DNA from: Glaucostegus cemiculus
Taxonomy: Eukaryota
Assembly: GCA_976551045.1 (NCBI GenBank)
Contig: CDPCPM010000029.1
Coordinates: 8,990,001 to 9,054,000 of the forward strand
Reading direction: 5' to 3'
DNA length: 64,000 bases
Of the stretch, positions 36,401 to 47,944 are shown piece by piece. How positions within the stretch are numbered: the stretch's first letter is position 1; each line of letters opens with the position of its first letter. A model generated the notes under the pieces. The model ran no database searches, had not been told where the DNA came from, and saw only the letters and a list, made by a program, of their open reading frames with translations. A program made the translations under genes and the position numbers.

Positions 36401-36912
36401 CTCCAGTTGAGGTGCAACCTGTCCTCCTTGTACATGCCACCCCTGCCCCAGAAGAGGTTCTAATGATCCAAGAAATGGAAACTCTGCCCCCTACACCAGT
36501 TCCTCAGCCACTCATTTATCTGTTCTATTATCCTATTCTTGCCCTGACTATCACATGGTACTGGGAGTAATCCAGAGAATACTACTGAGGTCCTACTCTT
36601 CAGCCTCTTTCCTCACTCCCTGTACTCATTGTGCAGGGCCTTTCCCCCTTTCTACCCATGTCATTGATACCAATGTACACAACCACCTCTGGCTGCTCAC
36701 CCTCCCTTTTGAGCCAATTCTCCAGCAGCACAGACATCCTTAACCCCAGCACCTGGGAGGCAACACACCATCCTGGAGTCTCCTTTGCACCCACAGAATG
36801 TCATGTCTGTCCCCCTAACTATTGAGTCTCCTATCACTATTGCTCTGCCTGATTTTATCTGTTCCTGCTGAGCCACAGTGCTACTGACCTGGCTGCTATT
36901 GCTGTGGCCTGA
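33490..36912 (-). mobile_element. Long CR1 LINE pseudogene: ORF1 SGNH esterase, ORF2 APE-RT, 3' UTR
   Basis: [19 protein letters not shown] (esterase), PEVVVYIGIND, LKCVYLNAGSIMGKGDEL (APE), KVDKSPGPDGIYP, LYKTLVRLHLEYYIQFW, RGHAFKMIGG; tail at 33490; multiple frameshifts. Confidence 0.97.
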
Positions 36913-36914
36913 TA

Positions 36915-37175
36915 GTTCATTAAAGCATTTCATGATAATGGGTGTTAGAGCAATGGGACAGTAATCATTCAGACTAAGTGCAGTGGACTTCTTAGGTACA
37001 GGTATAATGGTAGCAAATGAGGCACTTTGGGACAACAGACTACTGCAAGGAGATGTTAAAGATGTCTGTGAGGACATCTTTCAACTGGTCCACACAGTGC
37101 CTAAATACCCACCCCAGTATGTTTTCTGGTCCTGCAGCTTTTCGGGGGTTGATCTGGGGCAGGACTCTCCTCAAG
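36915..37175 (-). mobile_element. Internal Rex1 RT fragment fused upstream of the CR1 esterase
   Basis: [48 protein letters not shown]; cf. ORF 53196..53483. No Rex1 tail. Confidence 0.85.
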
Positions 37176-37204
37176 CTGATAGGACCCAAAATGTTCACCT
37201 ACAC

Positions 37205-38770
37205 ATACTTATGTCACCTGACTGTCTGGTTCCCTAATAGGAGATCAAGTATTGCATTCTCTTATTGGTACCTCTATATATTGATTTAGAAAACTTTCCT
37301 GAATGCATTTGACAAACTCCAAGCCGTCCAGCCCTTTCACAGTGTGGGAGTCCCAGTCAATATGTGGAAAATTAAAATCCACTATTATAACTTACTGTTT
37401 CTTACATCAGTCTGCTATTTCTCTACAGGTTTGCTCCTCCAATTCCCTCTGACTATTGGGCAGTCTAAAATACAACCTGTGGAAGGTGTATTTCCACCCT
37501 GTGGAAACTGAGGGTGGTGAACCTGTGGAACTCCTTACCACAGAAAGCAGTGGAAGCCAGATCATTGGGGATATTCAAGGAGGAAATAGATAGATATCTA
37601 ATTGGTCAAGGTATCAAGGGATATGGAGATAAGGCAGGATTTGGACTTAGAATAGTAGGTTTTTTTTTTCCTCTTCCCCTTATCCTCTTTTTTCCCCCAC
37701 CCTCCCTTCCCTTTGGAGCAGACTCGATGGGCCGACTGGCCTGCTTCTGCTCCATTATCTTGTGATCCCTATTAGTGTGGTCACACCTTTCCCATTCCTA
37801 AGCTCCACCCATATGGAGCCTTTAGATGAGCACTCCAGGCTGTCCTGTCCATGCACAGATGTGCTATTTTCTCTGACCAGTAATATCACTCCTCCCCCTC
37901 TATCGTGTCTGAAGGAATGGAACCCTAGAACATTAAGCTGCCAGTTCTGCCCCTCCTGCAACCAAGTTTCACTAATAGCAACAATGTTGTAATCCCATGT
38001 GCCAATCTACACACTAAGCTCATCTGCCTTACCTATAATACTCCTTGCATTTAAATAGATGCACCTGAGAACATTTCTATCATGTACAAACTTTTGATTT
38101 TTATCTATACATGCAGTCCTCACATGATCTTTATCCTCCTCCACCTCACTATCTGCTCTAACACTCTGGTTCCCCTCCCCCTGCAAATCTAGTTTCAAAC
38201 CCCCAAAGCAGCACTAGCAAACCGATCCACAAGTTAGTCCCCCTCCAGTTCAGGTGCAAACCTCACTTACGAGGTTTTCAGCTTCCCGGATGGTCCTGAG
38301 TGCATCAGACTCCAGCTCCACTTCCTTCACCTGGTCAGTCAGGAGCTGCAGCTGGGTGCACTTCCTGCAGATGCTGTCATCAGGGATACTGTGAGATTCC
38401 CTGACATCCCACATCTTACAGGAGGTGCATTCCACTGCCCTAACTGCCATTCTGCCTACACTGAATCAAAGACTAAGGATTTACAGACAACAAAATAAAA
38501 ACCTTACCTATGACTTCTTACTGAACTTTTTTTTAAAGAGCTGCTCTCACTCACCTCCTTACTCAGCCTCTTCTCACCCTCGCCCCAGCCCCCTTAACAC
38601 TAAACCTCTCCAACAATGGCCATTCCACTTAACTGTAGCTTCTTTTCATTGGCTGCTGCTGATTAGTTCATTAGCCAATTATTACTAACAATATGCAAGT
38701 GTGCCTCTTTCAGGATCCTGCTCACTGAAAATGAAAACCAAGCACAGAGACTCGCCTCTTTTGACTCATC
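37205..38770 (-). mobile_element. CR1 5' portion (5' UTR, ORF1 zinc finger/coiled coil, APE) with most of the esterase deleted
   Basis: ORF 38250..38450 MAVRAVECTSCKMW..CRKCTQLQLL; ORF 38007..38198 LRCIYLNARSIIGKADEL; ORF 37755..37961 RGGGVILLVRE. Outer boundary approximate. Confidence 0.9.
37478..37765 (+). mobile_element. CR1 3' end inserted antisense into the CR1 APE
   Basis: ORF 37514..37765 VNLWNSLPQKAVEA..FKEEIDRYL; tail GATGGGCCGACTGGCCTGCTTCTGCTCC; host resumes ...TACAACC|CCTATTAG. Confidence 0.9.
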
Positions 38771-41700
38771 TCCTAGACTTGATCACAAGATCTGTCTTGG
38801 CCTTATTGACTGGTGGAATAGGCACAAAGGAGTTGTCTGACCTTTTCATGCTCTTATTTCATATGTTCTTATGTTTTTATGGCTCTGTTCCATTGTAACA
38901 CACTTGCTTATTGCCTGTGAGGTGAATGATTTGTGCATCAATTGACATGCAATAACAAGATAGTGGTAAAAAGTTGTTTGTGTGTTGTAAGAAGGCAATA
39001 GTTTCTTGGAATTACAATCCATGTTTAGCAATTGCAACCAAAAATGAATTTCTGTACACGATCTAGCAAGAAGAATAGAAATATTGCTGAAGTATTTAGT
39101 TAATTGATTGCAAAAGATGTCTTAAGCTTTGTCTATATGAAATAATAAAGAGAGCACACTATGGCCGGACCATATTTTGAAACATTGAGACCGTGCAGAG
39201 GGATGTTATAATCATAAATACAAAAGCTTCCAAAGTTCTTTATAATTGGCTTGCAAAATTCAAGTTAGAAAATATTCCCCGTTGTACTTATTGACAGTGA
39301 GTTTGCACAATTGCATTGTAACAGCTGAACATGAAATTAATCAAAAAATAACTTTTTATAACAGTATTTCTAACCACGTAAATAACCTGACTTTTAATCA
39401 CTGAAATTAACTTTAAAATCCATACTGAACAATTTATTATTTAAATTATCATAAATTGTACAATTTCTTTGTGAATCAAGTATTTGAATAAAACTTTTAA
39501 ACTATGCCTGCTGTGACATAGCCAAAAAAGGAGCTCACTTGAAAAGCCTCCTCAACTGAAGCTTAAACCATTGCAACCAGTGGAAAGTCTCTATCTTTAT
39601 TAGTTCAATCTGTGGCCATTTTTGTGGATTGGGTCATCTTCAGGGGAAAAAAATGTTAATAGATCAGTGTTAAGTATTCAAGAATCTCTTCTGCCAAACA
39701 TATTCTTAAAAATTCACCAATTTTTTGCATTGGATTAACCAAATTCCCAGACTGGGCTGATTAAAATTAAAGCAACCATAGTCACTTTAATTAAAGTATC
39801 ATGTGAAATGATGATAGTTGCCAAAGACAATGAGAACATTTGCAATATCATTACTAATTTAAACATTTTTTCTCAAAGCACTGCGCATGCTTCAGTTTGA
39901 AATTGAATTTTTACACATCAATTAGTGAAAGAACAGCATTGAATTAAACATACTGACACTTCTTGGAGCAATTTTAATTAAAGTGTAAAGGAATATAAAA
40001 TCTGAAATTTCAAAATTTGAAACTTCTGCCTTCATGATGAGGCAGGGGCAGTTATTTGTTGTCCATTGACTTACCTATGAAGAATTTGGGTCTTTTTCAC
40101 CAAAGAATGATTGCAATATAAAATGTTCATCTTCTTGCATGATGTGAAGGTTAGTTTCAATTGAATGTTGATGTGGAAGTCTTATTCACCAAACGTATCT
40201 GGTCACTTACACTAAAAGTGTTGGCCTAAGCCATGGAATTAGCACTTATCAAGTGATTATTGGACAAAAGCAGGAAATCTTAAAGGTGTTCAACATCTTA
40301 GATAGCAGCTGTGAAAAGAGAAGCAGAGATGATGATCCCACTATTTTCCCCAACCAGGAAAACTGCAGTTATGCCACTGCAAATTTCTATTGTATGCAAG
40401 GCACATAAACATTGGGTACAATATGACAGGCCTTGCACATTAAGTGGCACAAAGGCTTTTCCTCTGCTCCCTTGCTACTATGGGTTGAATCTTGTAGGGA
40501 GGGAGCAATGGAAATTTATCTGTGTGAGCTGGGTGGGATTGTCGGGACATTGATCAGCAATGGGATTTGAGATCTCAAGGGTTGAATCAGAGTACCTGAG
40601 AGAATTGGATTTTTATTGTTATATTTTATTTAAAGTGCACCTTTATGCAGCTGGTTCTATGCATCAGTTCTGCATAAGTATCTGCAAAATAGCCCTCAGG
40701 TAGGGCTGAGTGTCTCACAAAGAAGCCAGTCTTCAGCTAATTCAATTCACCATTTGATATCAAGAAATAGCTGAGACCACTGTTTACAGCCAAAGTTAAA
40801 GGACCAGACAACATCTGACTATAGTGCTGCATACTTGCACTCCAGAACTAGCTGCATCTCCCATCAAACTGTTCCAGTACGGTTATAATACTGGCATCAA
40901 CCCACCAATGTGGAAAGTTGTCCAGGAATGTCTTGAACACAAAAAGAAGGATGTATGTAACCCATCTAATTACCACTTTGTCACCTTTCAAGTAATAGAT
41001 GGTACCTTTTATGTGATCATATGGCAGCTACTCATTAATAATTTGCTCACCAATGCTCAGTTTAGACTCTTTCATCACCACGTAGCTCCAGATCTCATCA
41101 AGTCTTGGTCCAAACATGAGAAAAATAACCATTGATGAGGACCAGAATAACTGCATTTGGCAATAAGGGAGCATCTGACCAAGTGTGGCATCCTGGACCC
41201 AACCATCTTTAATTGTTTTATCAGTGACCTTCCTTCCACCATGTTCACTGATGATTGCACAATGTTCAATTCCATTTGCAACTCTGCAAATGAAGTAGTC
41301 CATGTCTGCACATGGCAGGTCCTTAGCAACTTATAGCTAAAAAGATAATTAGTATTCATGCTGCAGAAGTTCCAGGCAATGACCATCTCCAACAAGAGAG
41401 GGGCTAATCATTTAGCCTTGATGTTCAACACTAATCAACATTCTGGAGCCAAAATTAATTAGTAACATAACTTGGACCAATCATGTAATTACAGCGGCTA
41501 ACAGAAAAGATCAGAGGCTGGGCATCCTGTGGAGAATGACTTACCTCTTGCCATTCTGAACCTTTCCACCCTCTACAAGGAACATCAAGGGAATGAGGAA
41601 TACTCTTCACTTGCCTGTATGCGTGTAGCTCCAAAAACAAGGTTGGCATCATGCAGCAGTATAAACATTCATTCCCTGCACCACCAGTGGGCTGAAGTAT

Positions 41701-41843
41701 TTGCCATCTATAAATTACACTGCAGTTGGTTGCCTGAACTATTCCAACACCACCTTCCAAATCTGTAATCTCTACCACCAAGAAGGTCAAGACCAGCAGG
41801 TGCACAGGAGCATCACCAGCTCTAGGTTCAGAACTTTTTTTTT

Positions 41844-41855
41844 AAGATGGCGGCG
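41844..41855 (+). promoter_or_regulatory. YY1-like motif at the element 5' end (putative internal Pol II promoter/initiator)
   Basis: AAGATGGCGGCG matches the YY1 consensus; AAGATGGC is positionally conserved in the sibling copy (7418-7425, minus strand). Function inferred. Confidence 0.55.
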
Positions 41856-42099
41856 CACCTGGTTGCAGCGGCCTCTCCCAGGCCTGTAGTCCTTGTGTTT
41901 TTTTGTTAGTCTTCTAGTGTTTTTCTGTGGTTTTTTTCTTGTGTGTTCTTTGTTCTGATGTTTGTGTGCCGTTTTATGGAGTCGTTGTCGGTACTGTCGG
42001 CTCCGACGGCTCGTCGGAGCTCATCGGAGGCGGCAGCGTCTTGAAGGCCCGGGAGCCTCGTGGTGGCGTCGGGATGCGGGCGGTGAGGTGGCTGCTCGG

Positions 42100-42790
42100 G
42101 CCGGAGGTGGTCGGCCTGCGGAGTCGGAATTCGGGTCGGAGGTCGTCGGACTGCGAGGCCGGAATTCGGGTCGGAGGTCGTCGGACTGCGAGGCCGGAAT
42201 TCGGGGCCGGAGGTCGTCGGACTGCAAGGCCGGAATTCGGGGCCGGAGGTCGTCGGACTGCGAGGCCGGAATTCGGGTCGGAGGTCGTCGGACTGCGGGG
42301 TCGGAATTCGGGTCGGAGGTCGTCGGACTGCGAGGCCGGAATTCGGGTCGGAGGTCGTCGGCCTGCGGAGTCGGAATTCGGGTCGGAGGTCGTCGGACTG
42401 CGAGGCCGGAATTCGGGGCCGGAGGTCGTCGGACTGCAAGGCCGGAATTCGGGGCCGGAGGTCGTCGGACTGCGAGGCCGGAATTCGGGTCGGAGGTCGT
42501 CGGACTGCGGGGTCGGAGGCGAAGGTGCCGGAGGTGGTCGACTTGCGGAGCCGGTATGTGGGGCTGGAGGTCGTCGGTCTGCGGAGCCGGAGGCGAAGGA
42601 GCCGGAGGTGGTCGGACTGTGGGCCGGAGGTGGTCGGACTGTGGGCCAGAGGTGGTGCCGGAGGCGAAGGAGCCGGAGGTGGTCGGACTGTGGGCCGGAG
42701 GTGGTCGGACTGTGGGCCGGAGGTTGTTGATGGTCTGTGGGCCCTGAGGTTGTAGGACTGCGGGGGTTGGAGGTGGTCGTCGGTGCGGGG
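42100..42790 (+). repeat. CpG-rich VNTR with 35/36-bp unit GGAGGTCGTCGGACTGCGAGGCCGGAATTCGGGTC, then shorter degenerate units
   Basis: Eleven GAATTC sites at 42127, 42162, 42197, 42233, 42269, 42304, 42339, 42374, 42409, 42445, 42481; degenerate GGAGGTGGTCGGACTGTGGGCC units to ~42790. Confidence 0.97.
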
Positions 42791-43104
42791 TGAGGCAGGG
42801 GGGCTGTTAATGTTTTGATGTTTTTGTCCAGGTGTCCTTTATTGTCTTTGATGTCTTTTGCACATGTATATGTGTAAGTGAAAATCGATAAATCGATCCT
42901 GAATTTAAGTTCAATCCCCTTAGCTTTTAAGGTGTAATGATCTATACTATGTATTCTGCCAAGTGTGTATGTGTCTCTGTTGGTTGTTATGTCATTTTTT
43001 TGTATGGGACGAGCACCTGAGGAGGACGGTATATCGCTCCTCTGCATACTTTGTATGTATGTGGTTGTGACAATAAACTGATTCTGATTCTGATTCTGAG
43101 AACT

Positions 43105-44612
43105 CATCCACTGATGCCAACAATGTTCCCACTAATAACTACTTCAATCTACTCTTTCCATCAGGCAAAAAAAATACACTGTGCAAACTATCTGGCTTCA
43201 TGTTTGACTATTCTGATTGGACTTCAGTAATATGAATGGGACCTGATTTTGGAAATACTGTATATTGCCAATTGCTTCATTGCTGCAGGATCTAAATTTT
43301 GGAACTTCTGAATCAATAGAATTGTTGAAGTACCTTCACTAGCAGGACTACAGTGGTTAAAGAAGGTGGCTCACCACTATCTTTTTAATGGCAATAAAGC
43401 CTGGGCAGTGAATGCCTGCCTTGCCAATTGTGCCCTCAGTTGGTGAATGATTTTTTTAAACCTCTACCCTCGCAGACATATACAAAGACCGTTGTGTGAG
43501 GAAGACCAAAAGCATAATGGCCGACCCTTCTCACCCCTCCCACCACCTCTTCACAATTTTGCCATCAGGGAGGAGGCTTAAATGCATCAGGGCAAGAACG
43601 ACCAGGCTGAACAATAGCTTCTTTCCGCAAGCCATCAGAACTGCAAACTCTCTCATCCCTCCATCTTCCTTTGTTAACACTAAGAGATGCTAGGTGCACA
43701 GAAATGCACCAGCACTTTAAATGCCCGACACCAGCCCGTTCACTTTAATAACTATTTATTTATTTACTGGCCATTTATAATTTAATCTGCGTACTAATTT
43801 AATTTTAACTTCCGTAGCTTTTAATGTTTAATGTTTTTTTAATGTTTATTCTGTCGAGTGTGCGTGTGTGTCTCTGTTGGTTGTTATGTTATTTTATGGA
43901 ATGAGCACCTGAGGAGGATGGTATCTCGCTCCTATGCATACTATGTATGTATATGGTTGTGACAATAAAACTGATTCTGATTCTGATTCTGAAGAGACAT
44001 TGGAAAATGAAAAATGGCAAACACAGCCTGAAGGAGAATTTCAATGTTAACAAGTGAATGGACAAAGTATTTTTCTCCATTTGTACATGCTTATGTTCTT
44101 ACTTGCTTTCAAAACGCAGCTCATTAAAAAGAGTCTGTAAAAATTTTACCTGAGGCAACAGCATATGCATATCCTTGTGTGCTAATTGTCTGATGAACAA
44201 TAAAGCAGTTATGGTACAAGTCCTTGCTATTTTTAACAGAAATTACATTGAATTCATTAATCTTCTAACACAAACACCATTAAGCATTATGGACACAGAG
44301 GTGACTGGCAGAAAACCTGTCCAAAATAATAAAATCTTCACACATAATTGAAACCCAATAAAAATTGCTGCAGATTGTTTCAAGTTTTAGAGTAAGTTTT
44401 GAACCTTAAACGTTGATTTTAAACTTAGCAGAAAGTGGCTAAGTGAGCAGTTAAAATTGCTTTTAGCACCCATCCACTGATGTCACCAATGTTCCTACTA
44501 GCACCTAATTTAATCTGCTCTTCCCATCAGTCAAGAAGGATACACTCTGGAAGCTATCTGTTTTCTTGTTTGACGATTCAAATTGGATTTCAGTAATATG
44601 ACTTGGATCTAA
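43105..44612 (+). repeat. Diverged ~140-bp dispersed duplication (43105-43245 vs 44471-44612)
   Basis: Shared CATCCACTGATG..CAATGTTCC.ACTA..CCATCAG..ATACACT..CTATCTG..TGTTTGAC.ATTC..ATTGGA.TTCAGTAATATGA. Confidence 0.85.
43467..43992 (+). mobile_element. Young Rex1/Babar LINE, heavily 5'-truncated
   Basis: ORF 43496..43693 is identical in peptide to the end of 55013..55264; (GATTCT)n tail. Confidence 0.95.
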
Positions 44613-47094
44613 CTATTTAATTGAAACTTGAGTCTAAGTTGTGAAAATGATAGGGAAAGGGACTAGGGTCAAGTGAGATACATGACTAAAAGAGTTTCTT
44701 TTTTGTTTGTTAAATTTGCTTCTTCTGACCCCATGATAGAAAAATTAGAACTCCAGTGTACCAAGTTTGCACTTTGGTCAATAACAGGTGTCTCCTGAAA
44801 CCTTTAGTTTGATTTGCTTGGGTGCCAGGTACCATCCTTTGGATCATGGTGGCAGCTGATTTCTATCCATCAATGTACTAGGCAGCTGGCACTGCCTACC
44901 AGAGTTAAAAGAGAAAACGGTAAAGAATGAAAGACAAAGAGTTAAAATCTCTCATGCTGAGTATGATGGCGTATAATGCCATGAGATGGAATTTTAATGA
45001 TCTTAATCCCTGTCTGCATTAAATTTGAGACCATAGATGATATTGGTTATCCTTTGCTTGAGTGTTGCTTTCATTATTCGTGTAAAATTGAAATGTGGAC
45101 ATTATCCCATTGTCATGACATCTCAAAAAACTCTACACAGTGATTTATATTCAAAGACTAATAATTATTGATAAATAAGGATGCATTAATTAGATGCTTT
45201 AATCAGATTACAGTTTAATAATTAACTCCCATTTATCCATTTTAGTCCCTCATTCAGACCTAAATCTCTTGCACTAATATAATAGGATACCCAACTTAAT
45301 TTCTGCTGAAGATAATAGGAATATTAATAATAGTAGATTTAATCACTCATACCAACTAAAAAAACAATGTTACTCATTATTTATTCTATATTTTCAAATA
45401 ATTTATGACATACACAACTAAAAGTATTTAAAACTATTCCTTTTTACCTGAAAATTTGCACAATTTAATGATGTTTGTTTTTTTATTAAATTATAATTTC
45501 AGTTCTATGCTGTAACAATTGATTTGCAGAGAACCAAACCAGATAATAGTTAGTTTCAATAGTGTTTAATCCCTGTAATTAAAGTTTCCTTCACAAGTTA
45601 TATATGTTCACTTAGAAGAACAGATGTTATTGCCCAGACGCATACAGTACCATTCAGTCATGTTTTCTGTATGAATTTCAGTTTTATTGTGTATATGTCC
45701 TTGCTGTTCTTAAATTCAACCATTATGCCACAATTGCATTGGTTCCCCTTCCTTCCATCCTGATGGTCTGTCTTTGGTCCTCAAGGCATTTATAATTGAT
45801 ATAACTTCATGTCATTAACAACTTTATATCATTGACCCTACTTTGAATAGAAAAGAATCGCCCAGACATTGACTTACCACAACTGCTTTCCATTAACAGA
45901 TGATGCTGTGGATAGAAATAGTTATATACACTAGGAGTCCAATGACTATGTACTGTTTCTGAGGATAAAAAACCCTTTCATGTCTGCTCAGGAATGTGGA
46001 TGAGAATCAAAATGTTGACACAAAGAAAAGTAGTTCTTCTGGTGCATTCCTGATATAGCTAAAACCTGAGTCAGTTGGAATGGCCAGAAACATATGTTGT
46101 AAATAGACATGATGTTTTGTGACCATACGTCTAACTTTCTGGGTATGTGACGAGTCCCTTACTATTCTAGGCAAAGTACTTCTTGTAAGTGGGCAGAGAC
46201 AGGGACAGGGCCAGACACTCACTCCTAGAAATTTAATGTATGTTTATTAAGTGCAATTGGCATATTAAAGCTATTTTATGCGTATTAGATTACGCTGATT
46301 ATTTCTGAATCATTTAACAACCATTGGGTCCTTGCATTTTGGGTGCCATTTACCTCAATACTTCTGATGTCCGTCTGATGTCAGACATTCGTCTAATGAC
46401 ATTGTCCAGTGCTCAGTGACCAGTCCCATACTTGCCAACAGAAAAAGGCCGACCAAGAAGCAACCTATGACCTGCTGCAAGCTAGCAGAAAGTTGATAAA
46501 GAGAATGTGAATTACCAGATTCCCCACTGAGATATCAATGTTTTGCCCATAGTTTTTGTCAGATTCAGTATCCTCTTCCCCACTTTTCTCAATGATCATC
46601 ATTGATAATGTGTCTGTCTCTATACAACGCAGCTCAGTACAAGATGCTGTGATCTCTGGCCCATTGATGAGCCCATATCATGTAATGGCTTGAGGCCACT
46701 TGTAGCAATGAGATGGATTAGGTCATCCCATTGTGCGGGGGTACCCAACCACACAGATGAGTCCTGCGTCTGCTCTGTCTTCCACTTGCCCAATCCTCCC
46801 TCACCTCAATGGCACCTTTTATGTCATTCTACTGTGGCTGCCAGAGACAGAGTATCTATTAAGATCTGACTTGCATCCCAGCCGTGAACTCTGCAGAAGG
46901 ATACTGCTGGTAATGGCACAGATTAAGATTTGGTGCGTGCTTCAAAGTGAAAACCACCCAAAATGATTTTTTCCTTTGGATTTTTCACCAATGTTCTGGT
47001 GAAGGTAAAGAGGAACCAAATAAAAAAAGGATGATGGGCAGATGTGAACAGTAGTTTGAGGGGACCCAGTGGGAGGAATGTGTGGGGAATGGGC

Positions 47095-47325
47095 AAATTG
47101 AAATTGGAGTTGGTTTATTATTGTCACTTGTATTGGGGTACAGTGAAAAACTTGTCTTACATACCGTTCATATAGATCAATTCATTACTCAGTGAAAACA
47201 ATACAGAATGCAGAGTAAAGTGTCACAGCCACAGAGAAAGTGCAGTGCAGGTAGACAACAAAGTGAGAAGTCATAACAAGGTAGATTGTGAGGTCAAGAG
47301 TCTATTTTATTGTACTTGATAGAGT
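47095..47325 (-). mobile_element. Rex1 3' UTR fragment
   Basis: TTGGTTTATTATTGTCACTTGTA..GGTACAGTGAAAAACTTGTCTTAC; similar to 63283-63500. Confidence 0.85.
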
Positions 47326-47368
47326 AAGTGGGGGAGGGGAAAGAAACTGGGAGGTGGGAGGCTTGGGG

Positions 47369-47607
47369 NNNNNNNNNNNNNNNNNNNNNNNNNNNNNNNN
47401 NNNNNNNNNNNNNNNNNNNNNNNNNNNNNNNNNNNNNNNNNNNNNNNNNNNNNNNNNNNNNNNNNNNNNNNNNNNNNNNNNNNNNNNNNNNNNNNNNNNN
47501 NNNNNNNNNNNNNNNNNNNNNNNNNNNNNNNNNNNNNNNNNNNNNNNNNNNNNNNNNNNNNNNNNNNNNNNNNNNNNNNNNNNNNNNNNNNNNNNNNNNN
47601 NNNNNNN
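47369..47607. other. Assembly gap (239 N)
   Basis: Run of N flanked by purine-rich sequence next to the Penelope fragment. Confidence 1.
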
Positions 47608-47636
47608 GAGAGAGAAAAGGAATGAGGAGAAGTAGG

Positions 47637-47886
47637 TTATCTGAGATTAGAGAGTTCACTGTTCATGCCATTGGGTTGTAGACTACCCAAGCTGAATATG
47701 AGGTGCTGTTCTTCTAATTTGTGTTTGGACTCACACTAGTAATGGAAGAGGCTGAGGACAGACATGTTGGTGTGGGAATGGGAAGGGGATTTAAAATGGC
47801 CTGCAACTGGGAGCTCCAGATGGTCAGAGCATACCGGACACAGGTGCTTGGGCAGAGTAGTCACCTGGTCTGTGCTTGGTCTCACC
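47637..47886 (-). pseudogene. Penelope-like element GIY-YIG endonuclease C-terminus
   Basis: GETKHRPGD / HLCPV..LPVAGHFKSPSHSHTNMSVLSLFHY*CESKHKLEEQHLIFSLGSLQPNGMNSELSNLR*. Confidence 0.9.
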
Positions 47887-47944
47887 TCCAGCAGCTTCTT
47901 TTTGCCCCATCAGATATAACCTTATATTGACACATGCACGCAAG

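Larger units (their letters stand above)
41836..43098 (+). mobile_element. Composite non-autonomous retroelement: YY1-like head, GC-rich VNTR, Rex1 3' tail
   Basis: TSD AGAACT at 41830-41835 and 43099-43104; starts T-run then AAGATGGCGGCG; ends AATAAAC(TGATTC)n; last ~180 bp match the Rex1 3' UTR at 43815-43992. Confidence 0.92.
40745..43460 (+). mobile_element. Old CR1-group LINE of a distinct lineage, split: RT at 40745-41829, 3' end at ~43240-43460
   Basis: KGPDNI..LHTCTPELAASPIKLFQYGYNTGINPPMWKVVQECLEHKKKDVCNPSNY; MFTDDCT; 3' end GATTTTGGAAAT..TTCATTGCTGCAGGATCTAAATTTTGGAAC (related remnant at 11350-11440). Joining the two parts is inference. Confidence 0.75.

Noticed and set aside
40069-40200. 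Minus-strand donor AG|GTAAGT suggesting an exon
   Set aside because: No clear acceptor, stops in all frames over the stretch, and no recognisable peptide.
42100-42515. 35/36-bp periodicity resembling a CRISPR array
   Set aside because: Units are contiguous with no unique spacers, there are no cas genes, and the context is a vertebrate retroelement.
41906-43107. Long overlapping ORFs of up to 377 aa on both strands
   Set aside because: By-product of the stop-poor GC-rich VNTR; periodic low-complexity peptides in several frames.
47288-47681. ORFs containing X runs
   Set aside because: Artefacts of the N gap.
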